IMG/VR virus record: IMGVR_UViG_3300003369_000002
Span: 1 to 50,627 of that record
Direction: 5' to 3' (one strand)
From: a virus
Taxonomy: Duplodnaviria > Caudoviricetes
Length of the DNA: 50,627 nucleotides
The notes under the pieces are model-generated. The model worked only from the letters and a program-made list of their open reading frames with translations, did no database searches and was not told the DNA's origin. Below are positions 35,965 to 43,676 of this stretch, piece by piece. A program made the position numbers and the translations under genes. The first letter of the stretch is position 1, and each line of letters opens with the position of its first letter.

Positions 35965-38907
35965 CTACTTTAATTTAATGTAATTAGTTAATGTAACAAT
36001 TCCAATATAATCTCCTGTAGTTACTTTTACTAAAACTCCATTGACAATTCCTATTTTATTTCCTAAAACTAGACCTGTTAAATTGGTATCGGCTGTTCTT
36101 AAATAACCACCAGTCCTTATCATTCCACTTCCACCAATTGCAATATTTTCAATGGCTATACCAAAATAAAATATGAGATCAGTACCCGTAGAAAATGCAC
36201 CAATAGCTGAACCCTCTGATAAAAACTGTACTGGGGTACCTTTTGTAATAATAGTTGAATCACCATTATACATTTTCTTGGTTTCTCCAGCAAAATCATA
36301 AGCATATTGTTTTCCATCCGTAGTAATAATTTCTACTGGTACAACATCATTCCCATAGCCACTTAATGTAAAGTCACATCCTGCGCCACTTCCTGCAACC
36401 TCTTCGAACATTTTAATTTGCCCTTTTAGTCTACAACCAATCATAGATATTGTGTCTTTATTACCACTTCCCATAGAACCAAATCTAATAGCTGTTAAAC
36501 CATTTATGTTTTCATATCTACAATTTATAAATTTATGTTTAGAAGCTCTTGCTAATGCTGGTTTATTGTGAAAACTATATGGCATATCGTTAAATTCTGT
36601 AAAGAAATAGCTATCTTCAAAAGTATGGTCTGTTCCGCTTACATTACCTTCTCCCCAAGCTTGAGCGTATCCACTACCAAGATATTTAATAAAGTTGCAA
36701 TTCTTAACTTTTCGTACTAAATCAGAATTTAAATAATCGTCATGGACTGCATAACGCGTATTTTTACCAGTTACTATTAAATTTTCTAAGTTTCCGTTAT
36801 TAGTAAGGTTTAAAGTTGAAACTCTATACTTCGTATCAGTTGAAAATGAATCTGCTAATTCTCCCTTTAATATTAGTTTATTCTTATCCCCGATTCCTTT
36901 TAAATGCACCCAATCAGGAACCTTTAAACCAACAAAATTAACATCATTTATCTCTGTTGTTGTGTAATAAGCTAGGATGTCATAGGTACCTTCACTTATT
37001 TGTACTTCATACGATTTATTTACTGTTGAATCTAAAATTGATTCTAATGCACTTCTAAGGCTTGTAAAGTCTCCTGTGCCATTTAGTTTAACCGTCTTTA
37101 TAATATTTGTTAATCCAATATTGTTTCTTATATAATTCATATTACTTTGAGACAAAATAGAATTAACTACTTTATATCCAAAACTTTCATAGTATGTTGC
37201 GATACTATTTTGCTCTAGTTGTGCAGTTGCAAGCTCTGCGTTTTTAACCGAAAGTCTTATATAATAAGCACCAACCGGTGAGGTAAATACTGCATTATTA
37301 CTAGTAGCTAATCCGCTCGCATAAACTTTGCTACTATTATAAAATGCAAATTGTTCCGTTGTTCCGGTTAAAATATATTGTGTACTCGGTAAAATAGGGA
37401 TAAAGTCACTTGCGTTATAATTAGCCAAAGTAGTCAAATTTCCATTTGTGAAAGTTATATATTTGCCACTTGTTATCGTAGCTAAATTAAATAAGTTTTT
37501 AGATGGTGTACCTCTTAAAAGCAAAGGATCTAACTTTAAATAACTTATAAAATATTTTATTATACTTTCATCAAACTTAGGATAAAAACTTTCATAAAGC
37601 TGAGAGATAGTATTTTTTTCTAATTGAACTGTGGGTATCTCTGTAATTTTCATGCTCAGCCTTACAAATGTAGCTGTACTTGGAGTTGTGAAAGTTGTAA
37701 AATTAGGGGTTGCAATACCACTTGCAAATACTTTGCCACTATTGTAAAAAGCCAGTTGCTCTCCTGTCCCTTGAAGTATATAAGCTGTACTAGGCAGAAC
37801 TGGAATATAGTCAGAATAGGCATAAGTAGGAGCTGAGCCAGATATTACTCCAGTGCTTGCAAGAACGAAAAACCCATTTATTGCTGTATCTTTATTGAAA
37901 AGATTAATACTAGCATTGCCTGCTAAAACTGGGAATCCCATGTTTTTTAGAGTGAGACCATAGTCTGGTATTCCAGTACTTTGGTATGTCCCTCCCGCTA
38001 TCCACCCTGCATTATAGTAATACCATTTACCATCTGCTACAACTAAGTAAATTCCTGTAGCTCCTGTTGGATATGCGGACTGTAAAGTAGCTAATGTTGC
38101 AAATGCGTCTTTAGGACTACCACTTACAGCACTTGCATTTAACGTATCAACATATGTTTTATCTGATTTTAAAGCTATTGCCGCACTATTATTTGCTATA
38201 GCTATAGCATTATTTATTATGTTAGTATTAGAAATATTTAATTCAGATTGTGGCGCCTTAGCTGCCAATTGTGCACGATCATTTTTTACCGCCAGTGCTA
38301 AACTAGCCTCTGTTATTCCGTTGTCAGTTAAAATTCCGATTTTATTAGAGAGTAAGATGTCTTGTGAATCGACATAAGTTTTGTCCGCTTTTAATGCTGT
38401 TAAAGTATCCATTTTCCCGATTTTAGTTCCTAATGTCGTCTCACCTTTTCTGCTCTCTATCATTTCTAATGTAGCATTGGCTGCACTCAAAGCAACAGCA
38501 TTACCGTAATTGGTTGCTTCTTGATGCACTATAGATATTGCTTGATCTAAAGTTTCTACAATAGTTGAACCATCATTCTCAGTTACAATTCTGGACTTAT
38601 CTATATAAATTTGACCTCTTCCAAAATAATTTGTAACTGTGATGTTTTTACTTTCTTCTGTAGAATAAAAATTTACATTTCCTGTGACATAATTCACACT
38701 GAATTGATTTGCAGACGTAATAGTCTGAGTTTTTGATATTTCAAAATAATTATCTATGATTACATGATTAAATTCATTGGGAATCTGTGATAATAATATC
38801 GTACCATTTACCACTTGATGCTGTTCATTTGTAATTTGAATATTAATTTTATTACCATTAGAGTCCTGATTCCATTGAGTATATAAAAGATTTGAAACGT
38901 CATCCAT
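35965..38907 (-). CDS. Tail spike/fibre with tandem carbohydrate-binding-like repeats and a pectin-lyase-like beta-helix
   Basis: KADKTYVD, GSPK.AFATL..LQSAYPTG; two about 110-aa repeats (NLFN...SD.IP.LPST.Y...QLE.N); VK..GTGDFTSL..AL, ISEGTY. Confidence 0.7.
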   Translation of the reverse strand: MDDVSNLLYTQWNQDSNGNKINIQITNEQHQVVNGTILLSQIPNEFNHVIIDNYFEISKTQTITSANQFSVNYVTGNVNFYSTEESKNITVTNYFGRGQIYIDKSRIVTENDGSTIVETLDQAISIVHQEATNYGNAVALSAANATLEMIESRKGETTLGTKIGKMDTLTALKADKTYVDSQDILLSNKIGILTDNGITEASLALAVKNDRAQLAAKAPQSELNISNTNIINNAIAIANNSAAIALKSDKTYVDTLNASAVSGSPKDAFATLATLQSAYPTGATGIYLVVADGKWYYYNAGWIAGGTYQSTGIPDYGLTLKNMGFPVLAGNASINLFNKDTAINGFFVLASTGVISGSAPTYAYSDYIPVLPSTAYILQGTGEQLAFYNSGKVFASGIATPNFTTFTTPSTATFVRLSMKITEIPTVQLEKNTISQLYESFYPKFDESIIKYFISYLKLDPLLLRGTPSKNLFNLATITSGKYITFTNGNLTTLANYNASDFIPILPSTQYILTGTTEQFAFYNSSKVYASGLATSNNAVFTSPVGAYYIRLSVKNAELATAQLEQNSIATYYESFGYKVVNSILSQSNMNYIRNNIGLTNIIKTVKLNGTGDFTSLRSALESILDSTVNKSYEVQISEGTYDILAYYTTTEINDVNFVGLKVPDWVHLKGIGDKNKLILKGELADSFSTDTKYRVSTLNLTNNGNLENLIVTGKNTRYAVHDDYLNSDLVRKVKNCNFIKYLGSGYAQAWGEGNVSGTDHTFEDSYFFTEFNDMPYSFHNKPALARASKHKFINCRYENINGLTAIRFGSMGSGNKDTISMIGCRLKGQIKMFEEVAGSGAGCDFTLSGYGNDVVPVEIITTDGKQYAYDFAGETKKMYNGDSTIITKGTPVQFLSEGSAIGAFSTGTDLIFYFGIAIENIAIGGSGMIRTGGYLRTADTNLTGLVLGNKIGIVNGVLVKVTTGDYIGIVTLTNYIKLK

Positions 38908-38966
38908 ATTTATTGCCTCGCTTTCTATTTTTTGATTTTGATTTTCGTCATTTGTTTAATTTTGGG

Positions 38967-39001
38967 CATAATAAAAAGCCATAGAAATTAATCTTATGGC
39001 T
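38967..39001 (-). terminator. Terminator with TTTTTATTATG tail
   Basis: AGCCATA / TATGGCT stem. Confidence 0.65.
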
Positions 39002-39029
39002 AATCAAATGGTTATTTTATATTGATTTA

Positions 39030-39512
39030 TTATAAAACGGATTTGTATTTATTGAGTAAAAATTCTATTCTTGTTTTCATATCTGGTGTTTCCTCAGCAT
39101 TTAATTTATCTGGAATCCACTTAAGATAATTACATATAGTAACATTAAGCTCTGTAACATCCGTATATACTTGTTGTTCATAGTCACTTAAGTTTAACAA
39201 CTTACTATATTTTTTAGAAAACGCAATATAATCACCTTTTGTATAACTGACTGTATATACTTTATTCTCCCATCCTTTAGAGCATTGAGAATAAATATTT
39301 GAAACATCTTTTTTAAAAGTTTCATTGGTAAATTTATTTATATTGACGTCCTTAACCGCCGTTTTAGTTTCAGACTCTTTGATGGTATTAGTAATTTTAC
39401 TAGCGGAAGGGCTATTTTTAACAATGTCTTTCGTATTAGAGCATCCACTTAAAAGTAATATAAATAATAATATAAATAAAATAAATATGTTGTTTCTTTT
39501 ATTTAATTTCAT
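39030..39512 (-). CDS. Lipoprotein (moron-like)
   Basis: RBS AAGGAG, MKLNKRNNIFILFILLFILLLSG-C lipobox. Confidence 0.75.
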   Translation of the reverse strand: MKLNKRNNIFILFILLFILLLSGCSNTKDIVKNSPSASKITNTIKESETKTAVKDVNINKFTNETFKKDVSNIYSQCSKGWENKVYTVSYTKGDYIAFSKKYSKLLNLSDYEQQVYTDVTELNVTICNYLKWIPDKLNAEETPDMKTRIEFLLNKYKSVL

Positions 39513-39548
39513 AATAAAGCTCCTTTTAATTTTGTATATTTTATTTCT

Positions 39549-39577
39549 ATTATATTCCAAATAATAAAAGAATTCAA
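39549..39577 (-). promoter_or_regulatory. SigA promoter of the lipoprotein gene
   Basis: TTGAAT-17 bp-TATAAT on the - strand. Confidence 0.7.
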
Positions 39578-39593
39578 CATATTTTACTTATTT

Positions 39594-39896
39594 TTAATCA
39601 ATAAATTCAGCCTTCTCAAACTCTTCACAGTTATTTTTGATAAACTCATATATACTTTTATCTTCGTTCATACCCTCTTTGTTGATTTTCTCTAATCCAA
39701 ATACCTCATCAAAATCTTTAGGATATATATTAATAAATCTAGGTTCGAGATTGGCGTAATCTTTTGTTTCTTTCGATTCATATCCATTAAGAACTATATA
39801 TGCATTTTTACTAATTTTAGATTTCTCTACTTTAGCTATTTTCCAGTAGTTCGCTGTAATTCCAAATTGAGTTTTTATACCTATTCCGAATGCCAT
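39594..39896 (-). CDS. Hypothetical tail-associated protein
   Basis: RBS AAGGAGG; TQFGITANYWKI; position after tail spike gene. Confidence 0.6.
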   Translation of the reverse strand: MAFGIGIKTQFGITANYWKIAKVEKSKISKNAYIVLNGYESKETKDYANLEPRFINIYPKDFDEVFGLEKINKEGMNEDKSIYEFIKNNCEEFEKAEFID

Positions 39897-39920
39897 ATTG
39901 TACCTCCTTAATCTTTTATA

Positions 39921-42767
39921 TTATGCACCTATATAAGTTTTAATAGATAGGGAACAAGAAAATCTATTTAAATTAGGACTAGTAATAGAGATCGTATGCC
40001 ACCCCTTTACATCAACCCATTGTTGCAAACTCATGATGGATTGTATGTTTATACAGTCCATAGCCCAAACTCCATCTACATATATTTTCATAATACCCAA
40101 TGTTAAGGGAGTCGTGAAGATTCCATAAATCAAGCTATGGGTATGTCCAAGTATTTCTATTGAGTGAGTGTGCACGTTTTGATGAGTATGTGCATTTTGA
40201 TGAGTATGTGCATTTTGATGAGTATGTGCATTTTGATGAGTATGTGCAATATTATGAGTATGATCCGCTAAGGTGATACCAAATAAATGATAATGAGATA
40301 ATCCACTTTTGAGAACGGTGTGCCCATGTGTCTTACCATCTGAACCAAAATCTGCTGGATAAGCTGTGCTAGTATTTGTTACTCCTCCCTCCCAAACAGG
40401 TTCAACCGTATTATTAGTCAAAGCACTTCCATCTTGATATCCGCCACCTCCTGTAACTTCTGAAGAACTAGATCCGCTAGTTGAATTGCTACTGGCTCCT
40501 GATGTTGAATTAGAGCTTGCCCCACTAGTCTCATTGCTACTTGCTCCACTAGTTTCATTACTGCTCGCACCTGAAGTAGCAGATGTTGCACTGACTGTAC
40601 TAGCTCCTTTTTCATATGCTCTATAATCTTCTACGCTTAATTTTAATAATACTTCACTTATTACATTTACGTTATCATCAATATAAAAACTTATATTCAT
40701 TGGATGAGAATCATCTACATTATCAACGAAACCAAAGTTATCTCTATTTACAACACCTTTAGCTGATAGAACTACAGTATTATTTTCATCCTTGATAGTA
40801 ATAGAAGTTCCATTAATTACTACAGAACCATTTTCATTTGTAATTACAAGTTTATCTCCTGCTAATAATTTACCAATAATCAGATTGGCAGTTATACCAT
40901 CGCTATTTATTGCTGTATCAACAGTCAAAAATCCCGTATGAGTTATGTACAAACTACCAGCTAATATCGCGATTCCATTATCCTCATTGCCCTTCTCAAC
41001 GATGAAAATTCCGTTTTCTGTAATAGTTATTTTATTTCTTCCAGCTAGAGCTACAATATCTTGTGCAGAGCAATTTAAAGCGTTTGAAAGATATGTGTCC
41101 ACTGCATTTTTAGTACCTTCAATATTATCCCAAGATAATCTCTTAGTGTTTAAATATTTAGCTGAGTTCAAAGCTTTTGTAATACTTGTACCTATGGACT
41201 TAGCATTATCTAATTTCTTATCTTTATTACTAAAAACAATTGTCAAAGCATTAGTATCGATATTATAACTATAACTTACAATTCTCACATCAACATTAAT
41301 TTTCAGTTTCTCAGAATACGATCTAACAAAATCTCCTAATTTTATTTTGCCCCAGTAATTTTGAGCATTTTTATCAGCAAAGAAATCAATTAGTCCCATA
41401 CTTTGTTGAACCACAGGCTGATTATATATAGCTAATACTTTCTCTGCAGCAACTTTTAATAATTCTGGTGTTACATAAACATCACTTGACCAGGGTTGTA
41501 CGATAGTCCAAGAATCTAATTCCTGAAGTAAATCAGCATTAAATATTAATGTACTTGTACCGATAATCTTCGCAGTAGGTTTAAATATATCTGTTCCTAT
41601 TTGAGATATTGGTATATTAATTGCAACTACTTGAGCATTTAACGAAGCAATTTCTGCATTCTTAGCTGTAGTAGCCACTCGATTAGCATTGCAAAGAGGT
41701 GTTTGAATTGTTAGATTTACATTATCTGGTGGAGTAGTTGACATATAACTAGCCTGTATTCCATCTAAACTCTTCTGCAACGCTGTGAGAGCATCTAATT
41801 CGGAACTTTTAATAACAAGACTAGCATTTATAGCGTCTAATTGAGTTTTCAATATATTAAATTCAGTATTTTTAACAGCCAGTAAGGCATTATAATTTGT
41901 TAAAGCTGATACTAATTCAGGGCTTAACTGACCACTTGCAATATAATAATCATAATTTGTTATACGATTAGTACCATCTAATGTCAAGGTGGCAATTTGC
42001 ATCTGATCTTTTCCACTGACTTCTAAACAAGTACAAACAGCAATGCCCTCTGTAGTCTTAGTTAAATCTTTTACATAATTTTCTTCAGTTAAAATTATCC
42101 CAGTGTGAGTACCATAATTATCCAAATCATAAACGTTTATCAATTTATTAAACGTATCATAAAGTATTATAATATTATAAGCTGGACAAATATCATCATG
42201 AAGGAATTTAAGTATAGATTTAGAGAGGGCGTCTATCCAACGAACTCGGGGTGCTGTACCTCCATTTATTATATCAATTAAACAAGCAGGATCTACATAT
42301 CCAATTTTCCAAGAAGTTTGAGCTTCTACAAGGTTAAGTATTCCATTATTATCTATATTATTAACTAGCTCTCTTTCAATTCCATCAATAGTAATAATAC
42401 TTCCATCCAAATTTGACTCTAAACTTTTACAATCAACTGTCATTTTTAACCCATCACTACTTTCACTAAGGGTTTTAATGACATAATATTCTTGGAATAC
42501 AGGATTCATAGGATCTCCGGCTTTTAATAAAACTAGATTTTCCGTTTGAATGGATTGATATTGTGGATTCTGTATTTTTATATGAGTGATAGAGTCTTCT
42601 ATATAAAAGGGTAAAGTAAATTTAAGAGAGTGTACTGTGTCAATATTTGGATCAATAGTTCTATCAAATGCTGTACTTAGTATATTTATTGGGGATCTGC
42701 TTTTATATGTTTGTACCAATGTAAAATCATATTTCTCATTTAAAATATTATCAAATAATGTGCTCAT
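39921..42767 (-). CDS. Tail central spike / baseplate hub (Tal-like) protein
   Basis: Follows Dit; coiled coil, IKLGD.V, TAI..DGI.A..I.G.L; C-terminal HxH repeats. Confidence 0.7.
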   Translation of the reverse strand: MSTLFDNILNEKYDFTLVQTYKSRSPINILSTAFDRTIDPNIDTVHSLKFTLPFYIEDSITHIKIQNPQYQSIQTENLVLLKAGDPMNPVFQEYYVIKTLSESSDGLKMTVDCKSLESNLDGSIITIDGIERELVNNIDNNGILNLVEAQTSWKIGYVDPACLIDIINGGTAPRVRWIDALSKSILKFLHDDICPAYNIIILYDTFNKLINVYDLDNYGTHTGIILTEENYVKDLTKTTEGIAVCTCLEVSGKDQMQIATLTLDGTNRITNYDYYIASGQLSPELVSALTNYNALLAVKNTEFNILKTQLDAINASLVIKSSELDALTALQKSLDGIQASYMSTTPPDNVNLTIQTPLCNANRVATTAKNAEIASLNAQVVAINIPISQIGTDIFKPTAKIIGTSTLIFNADLLQELDSWTIVQPWSSDVYVTPELLKVAAEKVLAIYNQPVVQQSMGLIDFFADKNAQNYWGKIKLGDFVRSYSEKLKINVDVRIVSYSYNIDTNALTIVFSNKDKKLDNAKSIGTSITKALNSAKYLNTKRLSWDNIEGTKNAVDTYLSNALNCSAQDIVALAGRNKITITENGIFIVEKGNEDNGIAILAGSLYITHTGFLTVDTAINSDGITANLIIGKLLAGDKLVITNENGSVVINGTSITIKDENNTVVLSAKGVVNRDNFGFVDNVDDSHPMNISFYIDDNVNVISEVLLKLSVEDYRAYEKGASTVSATSATSGASSNETSGASSNETSGASSNSTSGASSNSTSGSSSSEVTGGGGYQDGSALTNNTVEPVWEGGVTNTSTAYPADFGSDGKTHGHTVLKSGLSHYHLFGITLADHTHNIAHTHQNAHTHQNAHTHQNAHTHQNVHTHSIEILGHTHSLIYGIFTTPLTLGIMKIYVDGVWAMDCINIQSIMSLQQWVDVKGWHTISITSPNLNRFSCSLSIKTYIGA
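40177..40248. repeat. Four exact 18-bp tandem repeats encoding AHTHQN
   Basis: TTTTGATGAGTATGTGCA x4. Confidence 0.95.
40458..40577. repeat. Five degenerate 24-bp repeats encoding TSGASSN(E/S)
   Basis: Protein repeats TSGASSNE, TSGASSNE, TSGASSNS, TSGASSNS, TSGSSSSE. Confidence 0.85.
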
Positions 42768-42783
42768 ACCTTACTTCCTTTCA

Positions 42784-43572
42784 TTATATTTGTATTGGGT
42801 ATTGTAATTGGAATTGAATTATACAAGCTCCTGTGATTTCTAATCTGTTAAGACCATATGCCATACTTAAAGCACTGTATCCAAAGTTAAATTTAGATAT
42901 AGCTTCTATACCACTTTCTGTAACAATTTCCTGTCTACTATTTATAGCTACAGTCTCAAGTAAAGGTAAATTATTAAAACTCAGAGTATTTCCTGAATTG
43001 GTCAAATTCTTTATTGAAATTCCTGTGGCATTTCCGACTAAGGTAAACTGAAAAACATTAGGAGTAAAGTATGAATCAGTATTACAATTATTTGGCAACT
43101 CTATAATAGTTGTCCCAGTATTATCTGATAAATCATATTCTATGGTCTCTAACTGAGAGAACGGAAAACTATGGTTACTTTCAGCCTCCAGCTCATAGTA
43201 GCCTTGTCCAGTTGGGTTTGTAACAAACTGGATTTTTGTGAACTGGATAATAAATTCTAAACCCGGAAAATCCTCCTCGACTGTAAATATATGAAACTCA
43301 TTATCAGGTGCTATAAGACGAAGTAACTCCATTCTATCTTCTGGGGTAAATGGTTCTTCCTCATCTATTTTCATAATTTTCATTGATAAAGTATAAAAAC
43401 TAGTATCGGCTCCTTGGTAAAAATTACCTTTAAATTTCACATGGTCCCGAGATAAAACTTTAGCTGAGGAGAGCGACTGAGTAGTGGTATCTTCACCGAC
43501 ACGAATAAGATGTACTCCCATTTCTTCTGAACTTGTATTATTAAATGTAAAGTCCGTAGACAAAAAGCTCAA
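42784..43572 (-). CDS. Distal tail protein (Dit)
   Basis: Directly after tape measure; FTFNN.SSEEMGV, SNHSFPFS, YGLNRL.I.G; TTG start with RBS AAGGAGG. Confidence 0.75.
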   Translation of the reverse strand: MSFLSTDFTFNNTSSEEMGVHLIRVGEDTTTQSLSSAKVLSRDHVKFKGNFYQGADTSFYTLSMKIMKIDEEEPFTPEDRMELLRLIAPDNEFHIFTVEEDFPGLEFIIQFTKIQFVTNPTGQGYYELEAESNHSFPFSQLETIEYDLSDNTGTTIIELPNNCNTDSYFTPNVFQFTLVGNATGISIKNLTNSGNTLSFNNLPLLETVAINSRQEIVTESGIEAISKFNFGYSALSMAYGLNRLEITGACIIQFQLQYPIQI

Positions 43573-43623
43573 TATAACTACCTCCTTAAATTTTGATATC
43601 TATATGAATTTCTTAATTATTTC

Positions 43624-43658
43624 CATAATAAAAAGAGGAGGGTGTTTATTCCTCCTCT
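43624..43658 (-). terminator. Terminator with TTTTTATTATG tail after tape measure gene
   Basis: AGAGGAGG / CCTCCTCT stem. Confidence 0.7.
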
Positions 43659-43676
43659 TAAAAGACGTGTTTTATA

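Larger units (their letters stand above)
3744..43674. repeat. Dispersed palindromic sites TARAA-N6-TTYTA (about 24 copies), putative recombination or protein-binding sites
   Basis: Exact TAAAA-N6-TTTTA starting at 3744, 6062, 7128, 7695, 13244, 14334, 14735, 15174, 18474, 20570, 23485, 26200, 26711, 32082, 43659; one-mismatch copies at 8337, 8683, 12124, 21956, 23817, 26475, 30716, 35695, 39004. All found at gene boundaries. Confidence 0.85.

Noticed and set aside
30758-42767. Diversity-generating retroelement or invertible tail-fibre shufflon
   Set aside because: No reverse transcriptase, no template/variable repeat pair and no inverted alternative fibre ends seen in this window.
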